From Alphaproteobacteria bacterium (GTDB lineage Bacteria > Pseudomonadota > Alphaproteobacteria > SHVV01), in contig OZ253470.1 in the NCBI GenBank assembly GCA_965261735.1, positions 2,048,001 to 2,112,000 of the forward strand: a stretch of 64,000 nucleotides of DNA, in the 5' to 3' direction. Of this stretch, positions 47,573 to 58,695 are shown piece after piece. Positions within the stretch are counted from its first letter, which is position 1. Each line of letters starts with the position of its first letter. Position numbers and translations under genes: made by a program. The notes below the pieces were generated by a model. That model was given only the letters and a program-made list of their open reading frames with translations, had not been told where the DNA came from and did not search any database.

Positions 47573-48654
47573 GGCCATCGTGGAGGTCAGCAGCAAATCA
47601 AGGCAGTTGCGGGCCCCCGTAACCAGCGTTAATTGCGCCCCGGCTTCCTTTGAGCCGGGGCGTTTTTTCGTGCCGAGGCCGAGCATCGCGGCGAGGTTGC
47701 CGATGAGGTAGATGCCGAGTCCGTCGTCGACGGGGACGAGGCGGATCTCGTCGATCAGGCCGCGGAAGATCTCGGCGGATGCGGCTCGAACATCGTCCTG
47801 ATCGAGCGCTTGGCGCAGGTCTTCGACCCTCTGCCGGTATGTTTCCGCGACGTTGGGATGCAGCCTCACCGGGGCCGGTGGCTCGGCGGCGAGCAGCGCC
47901 TGCAGGGTCTGCTTACGCACCTCGAGCGATTCGAGCTCGGCCGCCATCGAAGCGCTTCGAATACCTGCTTTGATGGCGTCGATGATCTCGCGGATTTCGC
48001 GCTCCAGGGCGGCAAGCTCATGGGCGAGCCGCTTGTGCTCGCCGTCGCGCATCGCCGCCAGACGGTTGATCTCGCGGTGGTACTCGGCGACGAACTCCTT
48101 CACCAGCTCAAGGTTCATCAGCTCTTTCTTCAAACCAGACAGAACGCTCTCCTCGATGACATCGCGCCGGATGGTCAGTCGGTTATCACAGATGCCCCGG
48201 TTGCGGGCGTTCGAACAGCCGTAGTGGGTGGTGTTGATCATGGAGAAGCCGCCACCGCAGGATCCGCACTTGATGAGACCGGAGAGCAGGTAGCGCGGCC
48301 GCCGTGCCCGTTCCGATCGGACCCCTTGCCGATCGTTGACGAGGATCGCTCGGGTAGCTTGTTGCCGCTCCTTCACCGCCTGCCACAGCTCGTCACCGAT
48401 GAGGCAGAGGTCGGGGACGGCTTGGATGATCCACTCGCTCTCGGGGTTGGCCTTGGCGATGCGCCGCCCTGTGTCGGGGTCCTTGACGAAGCGCTGGCGA
48501 TTCCAGACCAGGTGGCCGATGTAGAGCTCGTTGTTGAGGATGCCAGTACCGCGGCGCCAGTTGCCATAGATGGTCGACGGGCCCCAAGGGCGACCCCGCG
48601 GGCCCGAAACGCCTTCACGGTTAAGGGTATGGGCGATCGTCTTGGGCGACCGCC

Positions 48655-50088
48655 GATCGTGTCCCGCGGAGTGGTGTAAGAGCGTTGCGCTCTACGCGGC
48701 TCCCGGCGTGTAGGGCCGGGACGTTCAGGCTGCCACGGTGGGCAGCGTGATGGGGACACCATCGCTCAGCGGAGCGATGGATTCCAGCGTCATGTATCTC
48801 CTTGAGACGGCCCACTCGTCGTTCTGCTCGAGAAGGATGGCGCCGACGAGCCGTGTGATGGCGGCTTCGTTGGGAAAGATACCGACGACGTTGGTGCGAC
48901 GCTTGACCTCGGCATGGAGCCGTTCGATCGGGTTTGTGGAGTGCAATTTCTGGCGGTGCTCCCTGGGGAAGCTCATGTAGGCGAGGACGTCGTGCTCGGC
49001 TTCGTCCATGAGAACTGCCAGCTTGGGCACCTTGGGCCTGAGCTGGTCGGCGACCTGGCGCCACTGGACCTTCGCGCTGTCGGCGTCCTCCTGGGCGAAG
49101 GCGGAGACGACGCGCCGGCCCTGGCGGCCGGCATGGGCCAGCAGGTTGCGGGCGAAGTGCACGCGGCAGCGCTGCCATGTGGCGCCGAGGATCCGGGTCG
49201 CGGCGGCCTTCAGGCCCTTGTGGTCGTCGGAGATCACCAGCTTCACGCCGCGCAGCCCGCGCCGGGCCAGCGAGCGCAGGAACTCGGTCCAGAAGGTCTC
49301 GGCCTCCGACGCGCCGATCGCCACGCCCAGGACCTCGCGGCGGCCTTGGTCGTTGACGGCCACAGCCACGGTCACCGCGACCGAGACGATGCGTCCGGTC
49401 TGGCGCACCTTCACGTAGGTGGCGTCGAGCCACAGATAGGGCCAGTCGCCCTCCAGCGGTCGATCGAGGAAGCCGGTGACCTTATCGTCGATCTCGCCGC
49501 ACAGCCTGGAGACCTGGCTCTTGGAGGCGCCCGACATCCCCATCGCCTGAACCAGATCGTCGACCGAGCGGGTCGACACCCCCTGGATGTAGGCCTCCTG
49601 GATCACCGCAGCCAGCGCCTTCTCGGCCATCCGCCGCGGCTCCAGGAAGCCCGGGAAGTAGCTTCCCTTCCTCAGCTTCGGGATCTTCAGCTCGACCGTG
49701 CCGGCCCGCGTCTCCCAGGACCGGTCGCGGTAGCCGTTGCGATGGGTGATACGATCCGCCGAGCGCTCGCCGTGCCCGGCGCCGGTCAGGCCCTCAACCT
49801 CCAGTGCCATCAGCCGCTCGGCCGTGAAGCCGATCATCTCGCAAAGCAGATCGGCATCGGAGCTCTTCTCCAAAAGCGCGCGCAGGGTCATCATGTCCTG
49901 GGTCATCGTGGTTCTCCTTCGGGTCAGGTTGGTTTGCACTAGCCCAACCCTAAACCGGAACCGCGATGGCCTCCGCTGTGGATAGCCGGCTTGCCTACGC
50001 CAGACTCTCGGCGGTCGCTACGGCAAGCCGCCTACCCACAGCTAACAGAGGCTCCAACAACTCCTACACCACGTCCTGGGACACGACC
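48655..50088 (-). mobile_element. IS256-family element
   Basis: imperfect IRs GATCGTGTCCC..GGTGTA / TACACC..GGGACACGACC; 8-bp TSD CGACCGCC on both sides. Confidence 0.92.
48725..49906 (-). CDS. IS256 transposase
   Basis: [36 protein letters not shown]; apparent short in-frame deletion at VSAF/AQED. Confidence 0.9.
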   Translation of the reverse strand: MTQDMMTLRALLEKSSDADLLCEMIGFTAERLMALEVEGLTGAGHGERSADRITHRNGYRDRSWETRAGTVELKIPKLRKGSYFPGFLEPRRMAEKALAAVIQEAYIQGVSTRSVDDLVQAMGMSGASKSQVSRLCGEIDDKVTGFLDRPLEGDWPYLWLDATYVKVRQTGRIVSVAVTVAVAVNDQGRREVLGVAIGASEAETFWTEFLRSLARRGLRGVKLVISDDHKGLKAAATRILGATWQRCRVHFARNLLAHAGRQGRRVVSAFAQEDADSAKVQWRQVADQLRPKVPKLAVLMDEAEHDVLAYMSFPREHRQKLHSTNPIERLHAEVKRRTNVVGIFPNEAAITRLVGAILLEQNDEWAVSRRYMTLESIAPLSDGVPITLPTVAA

Positions 50089-50978
50089 CGACCGCCCCGA
50101 CGCAAACTCCTGGAAGATGCGCCCAATGATGCCTGCTTCCGCTTCGACGATCAGGCGGCGACCGCGGATCGGCGAGCCGTCGGCCGCGCGCTCCTGGAGA
50201 ACCTCGTAGCCGTAGCAAACCCCCGCCCGAGCGACCCTGGCGGACCCGTCCCTCGAGGCCGCGGCGGGTTTTTTGCGCAAGGTCTTTCAAGAAAATCGCG
50301 TTCATCGCGCCTTTGAGACCAACATGCATCTCGTTGATTTCGCCCTCGGCGATGGTGACCAATTTGATGCCGAGGAAAGAGAGGTGCTTGTAAAGATTGG
50401 CCACGTCGGCTTGATCGCGGGAGAGGCGATCGAGTGCCTCGGCGACAACGACTTCGAATGCGCCATTTCGGGCGGCCTCAAGCAGCTGCTGATAGCCCGG
50501 CCTCAGTGCCGAAGCGCCACTCAGCGCCTGGTCTTTGTAGATTTCGACGCAGGTCCAGCCCTGGCGAAAGATAAACGCCTTGCAGGCCCGCAATTGATCC
50601 TCTGCCGACGCCGCGTTCTGAAGCTCGCTGCTGTAGCGCGCATAGGCGCTGCATTTCATGTCTTAGCCCTCCGCTTTCCAGGATAGGTTCGTTCGCGCAA
50701 GGCGGCCAGGGCCTCCTGGTGGGCCTTGGCGGCTTACAGGTTGCTTGCGAGGATATAGTTGTTGCGCGTGGTCGAAGGATTGCGGTGTCCGAGCAGGTGC
50801 TGGGCGGCGCCTACCTGGTCAGGCCGATGTATGGCAATGGTCGTGGCCCCGGCGCGGCGGAATTCGTGTGGGCCCACCTGCCGCCCGAAGGCCTCGCGCG
50901 TGCGCTCGTCGGGAAGGTCGTGGTCGGCACGCCGGCCAAAGCCAGTACCTTGTGGTTGTAGGCCTAGTCAGTGAGCTC

Positions 50979-51159
50979 TTAGATAACGAACTCCTGGTCG
51001 CTAGTAAGAATGCCGGTCCCCGACAGAATGCCACTGCCGAACGACTGCTCGGTGACGGTTACCGTGAAGCTCCCCGCCTGGACCGGCGCCGTGAAGCGCG
51101 AATTGAGTACGGCGTCGAAATGCCGCTCGTGGCCGGTGGCGCCGGTGAACGCGATATTG
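50979..51159 (-). pseudogene. C-terminal fragment of a possible secreted protein
   Basis: NIAFTGATGHERHFDAVLNSRFTAPVQAGSFTVTVTEQSFGSGILSGTGILTSDQEFVI*; no start codon. Confidence 0.3.
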
Positions 51160-51166
51160 AGCGTCG

Positions 51167-51343
51167 CGCGGCGCCGATCGCATCTTCGTGCGGCAGGACG
51201 GCCGCATCGTCGAAACCGGCCCGCATGACGCGCTGATCGAGAAGGGAGGCCTCTACGCCACGCTGTGCGCCTACAACTACGCGTCGTTCGACGACGTACT
51301 CGCGGGTCTAGGGGTCGAGAAGACCCACCCGGGGCAGACCTAA
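51167..51343 (+). pseudogene. ABC transporter ATPase C-terminal remnant
   Basis: [29 protein letters not shown]. Confidence 0.7.
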
Positions 51344-51377
51344 TCCTTGCACCCGCTGTTGCGATTTCAACGGGCGT

Positions 51378-52242
51378 TCACTCGCGGGCCTGGTAGCGGA
51401 TTTCGCCCTCGTAATAGTCGGGGAATCCGACCAGCGCCTTGATCTCCTCGAAGGTGAGCTGCGCCGGGGCCTCGGCGTGGCCCTTGCCGATAGCCGCGAG
51501 CGCCTCACGCGCGGCGTACATCGCCGGCGCCAGGACCGCCAAGGGGTAGAGCGCAATCTTGTAGCCCATCTCCTGCAGCCGCAGCGGCGGCAGGACGGGC
51601 GTTTTTGCCGCCGACCACCATGTTGGCCAGCGTCGGCTGTTCGAACGCATCGCAGAAGCGAGCCATCTCCTGCTCGTTGTCGGGTGCTTCGAGGAAGATG
51701 ATGTCGGCGCCCTCCTCGGCAAAGATATGGCAGCGTTCGAGCGCATCCTCAAAGCAATGCACGGCGCGCGCATCGGTGCGCGCCAGGATCAGGATGTCGG
51801 CCGCTTGCCCGGCATCCACCGCGGCGCGAATCTTCATCCGCGCCTCGCCGCGCCCGATCACCTCCTTGCCCTTGGTGTGGCCGCATTTCTTGGGGCTGAC
51901 CTGATCCTCGATCATCACGCAGGCGGCCCCGGCGCGCGCATAGTCGCGCACCGTGCGCTGGACGTTCATCGCGTTGCCATAGCCGGTGTCGCCGTCGCCG
52001 ACGACCGCAAGGCGCGGCACCGCCAGGCAGATGTTCTGCAGCTGGTCGCGCATTTCGGCGAACGAGATGAGGCCGGTATCGGGCATGCCGAGACGTACCG
52101 CCGATACGGCAAAGCCGCTCATGAACGTCGCCCTGTAGCCGGCCTCACCGATCAGCCTGGCCGATAGCGCGTCGTAACACGATGGCATGATGATAATGTC
52201 GGGGCCGTCGAGCAGCCCTTTCAGGTCACCGGCCGAGCTCAT
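51378..52242 (-). pseudogene. isocitrate lyase/PEP mutase family lyase, +1 frameshift
   Basis: YDALSA, DGDTGYG, EDQVSPKKCGH, ARTDA; an extra base in the A5 run near 51605 separates NMVVGGK from TPVLP. Confidence 0.82.
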
Positions 52243-52361
52243 GGCTCTTCTCCTTGTTGATCCCCGTCCGCCGCCGCGCCGGCACGGGTGGCTCACATCA
52301 TGGCGGTGCGCCACGGCGGTCACAAGCCGCCCATCCGGGCTCCAACCGCTAAAGCTTAGAC

Positions 52362-53405
52362 CTTTCCTATCCGGTTTACACCCACACCCACTAGGGCTAG
52401 AATGGGCGCAACCCGGATATAGGGGAGCGCGCCATGGATGTTCTCGACCGCGCCGATCTCCCATTCCCGCATTCGCTACCCGAGTTCCAGCGACTTTTCC
52501 CCGATGATGCGGCCTGCGCCGCCTACCTGGAGAAAGCCCGCTGGGGAGACGGCTTTGCCTGCCCGCACTGCGGCACGGCGGGAGAGCCGTTCCACTTTGA
52601 AAACCGCCCTGGCGTCCTGCGCTGCCGCAAGTGCCGCCAGAACACCGGGCTGACGGTGGGAACAGTGATGGAGCGTAGCCACACTCCGCTGAACGTCTGG
52701 TTCTGGGCCGCTTATCTGGTCGCCAGTCAGACGCCCGGCATGTCCGCCGTGCAGTTTCAGCGGCAACTTGGTCTTTCGCGCTACGAGACGGCCTTTCAAA
52801 TTCTCCACAAGCTCCGCTCGGGCATGGTGCGGCCCAACCAAGACAGGATCGGTGGACAGCCCAAGAACCATGTTGAGGTGGACGAAACCTGGGTTGGCGG
52901 GCGAACGCGTGGGGAAGGCCGTGGTGTTCACCACAAGGTTCCCGTCTCCTGTGCCATCGAGGTGCGTCATCGAAAGCCGGGCACCAAGCTCGACAACCGG
53001 AAAGACGGACGCTATGCCGGACGCGTTCGGCTCGCCGTCGTGCTCGACCGTAGCGCCGAGTCGCTCTGTGGGTTCGTCGAGAGCACCGTCGCGCCGCGAT
53101 CGCTGATCGTTACTGACGATTGGAGCGGCTATGCTGGCCTCGGTAAGCGCGGCTATGAGCACTTCGCTGTTGCCGAGTGTGGTGATCCAGAGGTTGCCGA
53201 GCAATACCTGCCGATCATCCATCTGGTTTTCGCCAACCTGAAGACGTGGCTGATCGGTATCCACCACGGCGTCAGCCACCAGCACCTACAAGCCTACCTC
53301 AACGAGTTCACCTTCCGCTTCAACAGGCGGTTCTACCCGTTCAACGCCTTCCGCTCATTGCTCGGCATCGCGGGCGACACCTCTGCTCCAACCTATGCCG
53401 AGCTT
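52362..53405 (+). mobile_element. IS1595 copy 2; transposase 52434-53414 nearly full length, right end missing
   Basis: near-identical to copies 1 and 3; identity stops at ..GCCGAGCTT (53405), with no right IR. Confidence 0.9.
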
Positions 53406-53657
53406 GGCGTATAGCCCCATCAGCACGCTGAATGGTTGCTTTGGAGATGCCAGTGAACGGCGGGTTTGGAGACAACTGCCGTTGGAACCGGTGATCGCGT
53501 ATGTCCGCTTCTCAGCTATACCCGGAGGTGACGGAAGCTCCGCCCCAAGTCCGCCTTCGGGCACCTAGCGGACAACGGTGCGGCATTCTATCATCTAATC
53601 GCGACGTCATTTTGTGAGTACATAGCGTAGGTCGGGCGCCGGCGCGGTGGAATGCGG

Positions 53658-54818
53658 ATGACAGAGATCAAGGAAATCGATGCGCTCGCACTCGCGCGCG
53701 AACTGGTGCGCTGCGACAGCGTCACGCCGCACGAGGCGGGCGCGCTCGACCTGTTGGAGCGCACCCTGCGCGAGATCGGCTTCACCTGCCATCGCCTAAC
53801 TTTCGACTCGGGCGGCACGGCCGCCGTTGACAACCTCTACGCGCGCTACGGGACGGCGCCGCCCAACTTTTGCTTCGCCGGGCACACCGACGTCGTGCCC
53901 GTGGGCGCGCGCGAGAGCTGGAGCGTCGATCCCTTCGCCGCCGAGATCGTGGATGAGGCGCTTTATGGGCGCGGCGCGGCCGACATGAAGGGGGCGATCG
54001 CGAGCTTTGTCGCCGCCGCGACCCGCCTCCTTCGCGGCCGCAGCGGCACGCTTCCCGGCTCGCTCAGCCTGCTGATCACGGGCGATGAGGAAGGCCCGGC
54101 CGTGAACGGTACGGTCAAGGTGCTCGAGTGGATGCGCGGGCGCGGCGAGGTCATCGATTCCTGCTTGGTCGGCGAGCCGACCAACCCGACGCGGCTCGGC
54201 GAGATGGCCAAGATCGGGCGCCGCGGCAGCCTCAACGCAACACTGACCGTCGCCGGCACGCAGGGCCACGTCGCGTATCCCGACCTTGCCGACAATCCCA
54301 TCCCGCGCCTTTTGGCCATGCTCGGGCGCCTCACCGAGAAGCCGCTCGATGCCGGCAGCGAGCACTTCCAGCCCTCGGGCCTGCAGATCTCCAGCATCGA
54401 TGTCGGCAACGAGGCGAGCAACGTCATTCCGGCTCGTGCGAGCGCGCGCTTCAACATCCGCTTCAACGACCGGCATCGCTCCGAGGACCTCATCGCCTGG
54501 ATGCGCCGCACCTGCGACGAGGTCGGGGGCGCCTACGAGCTCAAGGCCGAGGTCTCCGGCGAGGCGTTCCTGTCGCCGCCCGGCCGGCTCACCGAGATCC
54601 TGGTCGCCGCGGTCAAGCAGACCCTCGGCGTCGAGCCCGAGCTCAGCACCAGCGGCGGCACCTCCGATGCCCGCTTCATCAAGGATGTCTGTCCGGTCGC
54701 CGAGTTCGGCCTTATCAGCCAGACCATGCACAAGGTCGACGAGCATGCGCGGCTCGGCGACATCGCGGCCCTGACCGAGGTCTACGCCGCCGTTCTCGAC
54801 GCCTATTTCGCCGACTGA
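53658..54818 (+). CDS. dapE: succinyl-diaminopimelate desuccinylase
   Basis: [52 protein letters not shown]. Confidence 0.95.
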   Translation: MTEIKEIDALALARELVRCDSVTPHEAGALDLLERTLREIGFTCHRLTFDSGGTAAVDNLYARYGTAPPNFCFAGHTDVVPVGARESWSVDPFAAEIVDEALYGRGAADMKGAIASFVAAATRLLRGRSGTLPGSLSLLITGDEEGPAVNGTVKVLEWMRGRGEVIDSCLVGEPTNPTRLGEMAKIGRRGSLNATLTVAGTQGHVAYPDLADNPIPRLLAMLGRLTEKPLDAGSEHFQPSGLQISSIDVGNEASNVIPARASARFNIRFNDRHRSEDLIAWMRRTCDEVGGAYELKAEVSGEAFLSPPGRLTEILVAAVKQTLGVEPELSTSGGTSDARFIKDVCPVAEFGLISQTMHKVDEHARLGDIAALTEVYAAVLDAYFAD

Positions 54819-54830
54819 GCCGGGCCCGCG

Positions 54831-55415
54831 ATGCCGGATCGCGACAGTGTCATTCGCTCGATCTATGGCGCCTGGCGGCTGGCCCTACTCGACCCCTCGG
54901 GCCTGAACTGGTTCGACGTTTCGATCGAGGGATTCTGGCGCTCCTTCTTCGCCGCCGCGATCGTCGCACCGTTCTATGCCCTGGCGCTGGTGCTGAACAG
55001 CGAAGCGGCGATCGCGGCCGCCGGCGTGGGCGCCCTCATTCTCGTCAAGGGCGCGGCCTACATCCTTAGCTTCATCGCCTTTCCGGTGGTGATGATCTTT
55101 CTGTGCCGCCTGCTCTCGCTCACCAACTACGTCCCCTACATCGTCGCGGTGAACTGGTCTGCGGTCATCCAGATGGCGGCGTTCCTGCCGTTCGTCCTGC
55201 TCGGCGCCAGCGGCGCCGTTTCAGCCGGCGTGGCCGGCAGCCTGCTGATAGCGGTATCGATGGCCGTCTTGTTCTACGCCTGGTTCATCACCACCGTGGC
55301 GCTGCGCGTCAGCGGCGTGACCGCCGTCGCCCTCGTGCTCGTGGACCTCCTACTCGGCATTGTCATCGACGCCGGCTCCGACCGCCTGCTCTCGGGGACG
55401 ACGGGCCTGGGCTAA
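54831..55415 (+). CDS. hypothetical membrane protein
   Basis: GAWRLA..FD.S.EGFWRSF, YIVAVNW; several TM helices. Confidence 0.7.
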   Translation: MPDRDSVIRSIYGAWRLALLDPSGLNWFDVSIEGFWRSFFAAAIVAPFYALALVLNSEAAIAAAGVGALILVKGAAYILSFIAFPVVMIFLCRLLSLTNYVPYIVAVNWSAVIQMAAFLPFVLLGASGAVSAGVAGSLLIAVSMAVLFYAWFITTVALRVSGVTAVALVLVDLLLGIVIDAGSDRLLSGTTGLG

Positions 55416-55659
55416 CGGGGGGTGCTCGCGGGGACATGCAAGCGAATAACAGTCGGCTCACCGCCTTTTCAGGAGAACCAGGGCCGCAAATGCGCGCTTA
55501 TCTGGGCGAGGCGCTTTCTTGAGTCTGGCAATCGCCTGCTCGGCATTCGAAATCAGAATCAGCGTCTCCGCACGGCTATATCTCGCGCGCGGGTCATAGT
55601 CTGCGCGATGCCGCTCCTCCTGCAGCGACACGAACGAGTCTGCGAAGTTTAGAATATCC

Positions 55660-56761
55660 CTTGCCTATCCGGTTTACACCCACACCCACTAGGGCTAGAA
55701 TGGGCGCAACCCGGATATAGGGGAGCGCGCCATGGATGTTCTCGACCGCGCCGATCTCCCATTCCCGCATTCGCTACCCGAGTTCCAGCGACTTTTCCCC
55801 GATGATGCGGCCTGCGCCGCCTACCTGGAGAAAGCCCGCTGGGGAGACGGCTTTGCCTGCCCGCACTGCGGCACGGCGGGAGAGCCGTTCCACTTTGAAA
55901 ACCGCCCTGGCGTCCTGCGCTGCCGCAAGTGCCGCCAGAACACCGGGCTGACGGTGGGAACAGTGATGGAGCGTAGCCACACTCCGCTGAACGTCTGGTT
56001 CTGGGCCGCTTATCTGGTCGCCAGTCAGACGCCCGGCATGTCCGCCGTGCAGTTTCAGCGGCAACTTGGTCTTTCGCGCTACGAGACGGCCTTTCAAATT
56101 CTCCACAAGCTCCGCTCGGGCATGGTGCGGCCCAACCAAGACAGGATCGGTGGACAGCCCAAGAACCATGTTGAGGTGGACGAAACCTGGGTTGGCGGGC
56201 GAACGCGTGGGGAAGGCCGTGGTGTTCACCACAAGGTTCCCGTCTCCTGTGCCATCGAGGTGCGTCATCGAAAGCCGGGCACCAAGCTCGACAACCGGAA
56301 AGACGGACGCTATGCCGGACGCGTTCGGCTCGCCGTCGTGCTCGACCGTAGCGCCGAGTCGCTCTGTGGGTTCGTCGAGAGCACCGTCGCGCCGCGATCG
56401 CTGATCGTTACTGACGATTGGAGCGGCTATGCTGGCCTCGGTAAGCGCGGCTATGAGCACTTCGCTGTTGCCGAGTGTGGTGATCCAGAGGTTGCCGAGC
56501 AATACCTGCCGATCATCCATCTGGTTTTCGCCAACCTGAAGACGTGGCTGATCGGTATCTCACCACGGCGTTAGCCACCAGCACCTACAAGCCTACCTCA
56601 ACGAGTTCACCTTCCGCTTCAACAGGCGGTTCTACCCGTTCAACGCCTTCCGCTCATTGCTCGGCATCGCGGGCGACACCTCTGCTCCAACCTATGCCGA
56701 GCTTTACTCGGGAGAGTGGTGGCACCCTACATGTAGCGGTCATGGGCGTTAACCGGATAGG
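55660..56761 (+). mobile_element. IS1595 copy 3; transposase frameshifted
   Basis: extra T at about 56560 (GGTATCTCACC vs GGTATCCACC); right IR lacks the terminal CAAG; no TSD. Confidence 0.9.
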
Positions 56762-56943
56762 GCCCAAGCCGCTTCGCTGCGAGCTGCCCCGACTCCGACA
56801 AAGAGGTCCGCGCACTGGCGTGCGAGGGTATGGAACAACGCGAAATAGGCGGTGCTGACGGCCCGCCTCAAATCAGCATGTCTTGGGCGGCGCGGATTTG
56901 CTCGCGCGAGGCGTCGCGCGGTCGTAATCAGGTCGTCGCTCAA
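56762..56943 (-). pseudogene. HEPN-like protein, truncated by IS1595 copy 3
   Basis: DLRRAVSTAYFALFH is the typical HEPN N-terminal helix motif; the ORF runs into the IS end. Confidence 0.65.
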
Positions 56944-57248
56944 GACGAACGGGCTACCTGCTGCTGCTCGTCAAAATGGTGACGTATGTGGGGAAACCTC
57001 GTCTCGCCGGCGGCTTCAAGCGCCTCGCGCAGTGCCCGGAGCAGCCCAAACGTGACTCCCGCATCGATCGGTCTGTCGCTTAGATTGTAGCGAGCTTCGA
57101 TGAAGAGCACGGGATCACCGTCGTGATCCCAACCCGGGTCAACCTTCGCACCTTGAAAGCCGAATGGCCCCATCCGCTCTTTCAGCACGCGTTCGACCGC
57201 CTCGATGGCCTTTCTGGCGACGCAATCCGTTTCCCCGTTCCCGCTCAT
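56940..57248 (-). CDS. small hypothetical protein coupled to HEPN (possible degenerate MNT-like antitoxin)
   Basis: 102 aa with DHDGDPVL..GETRFP motifs; TGA overlaps the HEPN TTG start. Confidence 0.55.
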   Translation of the reverse strand: MSGNGETDCVARKAIEAVERVLKERMGPFGFQGAKVDPGWDHDGDPVLFIEARYNLSDRPIDAGVTFGLLRALREALEAAGETRFPHIRHHFDEQQQVARSS

Positions 57249-57579
57249 TTTCACATCATAGCCCAATGGGCTCACGGCCGCTACGTGCGGGCGGCAACGA
57301 GGCACCCTTCCAACGCCCTGTCCCGTCACCATAACCCGAATTCGCCCCTTGACCTGCGACAGATTAACACCCATTTAGGGCATGCTGGTGGGAGCAAAAG
57401 CTCCGTAAAATAACGCCTTGACGCATCCGCAAGGTTTCAGCGGCCCACGTCGAGGTTTTTCAGCCGACAGGCTTTACTCCGTAGCTTTTTTGAAGCTTGT
57501 TCAGGTGAGCAATCGCCTGCGAATTGCTGTGTGCGGCCTGCGGTTGAAGTTCGGCATAGGCACCCAGCAAAGGAGGAGT

Positions 57580-57753
57580 GTGGTGGCAAGACTTGATTGG
57601 GAAAAAAACAATCGGCAAGTACGACTGCGGAAGAGAGGTCGCGGTCGCGCTGGCGAAGAGGTTATTTCGACTGAAGAAGCGGTTTGGCGGGCCCCAAGAG
57701 TTCCCCGACCCCCCGAAGACCGACGTCGAGGAGCGGAAAAGAAAAGAGCCTGA
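57580..57753 (+). CDS. small basic hypothetical protein
   Basis: AAGGAGGA RBS, then (V)VARLDWEKNNRQVRLRKRG.. Confidence 0.4.
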   Translation: MVARLDWEKNNRQVRLRKRGRGRAGEEVISTEEAVWRAPRVPRPPEDRRRGAEKKRA

Positions 57754-57945
57754 TTCGGTGGCGAGGCTGGGAAGATGTGACCGAGGAACCGTATTGGGCG
57801 GCCGGGGCCCCGTTCCTCGTCCAGCTTAGCAGGCATCCTCGGGCGAGCACGTCTTCCCAGCAATCCCGTAAATTTGTCGCGCGGGTGCCATCACCGCATC
57901 AAGGCGCTGCAGCCTGCTGGGCCGCGCCACATGAGGAATGCCGGG

Positions 57946-58695
57946 CTATTCCGCCTCGCCGTAGGCGACGCACGCAAGGTAGAGGCCGCACGCGGGGGCT
58001 GTGGGGCCGCAGGCGGCGCGCTCGCGGGCGGCGAGTGCGGCGGCGACGTCGGTGGTGCGCCACTTGCCCTCGCCCACCAGCTTGAGCGTGCCGACCATGG
58101 CGCGCACCTGGCGGTGGAGGAAGGATCGCGCCCGCGCCTCGATGCGGACCTCCGAGCCGCGGCGCGTCACGCTCAGCGCATCGAGCGTCTTCACGGGCGA
58201 GCGCGCCTGGCAGTGGACCGAGCGGAAGGTCGTAAAGTCGTGGCGGCCGACGAGGGCCTGCGCGGCACGGCGCATTGCCCGCACGTTGAGCGGCGTCGGT
58301 GTGTGCCATACCCGGCCCACATCCAGCGCCGGGGCCGAGGGCCGGTCGAGGATGCGATAGAGGTAGCGCCGCTCGAGCGCGGAAAAGCGGGCATCGAAGG
58401 CGGCGGATACCTCGCTCGCGCCGATCACCGCAATGCGCGCGGGCCGGAGATGGAAGTTGACCGCCTTGCGCACCGTATCGGGGGCGAAGTGCCGGGCGAG
58501 ATCCACATGCACCGCTTGCGCGAGCGCGTGCACGCCGGCATCGGTGCGCCCGGCCGCACAAGTGGTGACGGCCTCGCCGGTGAAGGCGGCGATCGCCTCC
58601 TCGAGCGCCTGCTGCACCGACGCGCCGTTGGCCTGGCGTTGCCACCCGACGAAGTCGGTGCCGTCATATTCGAGGACCAGCTTGTAGCGCGTCAT
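57946..58695 (-). CDS. truA: tRNA pseudouridine(38-40) synthase
   Basis: [38 protein letters not shown]. Confidence 0.96.
   Translation of the reverse strand: MTRYKLVLEYDGTDFVGWQRQANGASVQQALEEAIAAFTGEAVTTCAAGRTDAGVHALAQAVHVDLARHFAPDTVRKAVNFHLRPARIAVIGASEVSAAFDARFSALERRYLYRILDRPSAPALDVGRVWHTPTPLNVRAMRRAAQALVGRHDFTTFRSVHCQARSPVKTLDALSVTRRGSEVRIEARARSFLHRQVRAMVGTLKLVGEGKWRTTDVAAALAARERAACGPTAPACGLYLACVAYGEAE

Larger units (their letters stand above)
47525..50659 (-). pseudogene. large serine recombinase, split by IS256 and frameshifted
   Basis: YARYSSELQ, EALDRLSR; frameshift near 50220; resumes past IS256 with GILNNELYIG, LLSGLIKCGSCG and a LVTGARN-type C-terminus. Confidence 0.88.

Noticed and set aside
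52354-56770. Bona fide composite transposon carrying dapE
   Set aside because: The outer flanks do not match (GCTTAGAC vs GCCCAAGC), the right IR is clipped, and dapE still sits near its usual truA-fmt-def neighbours.
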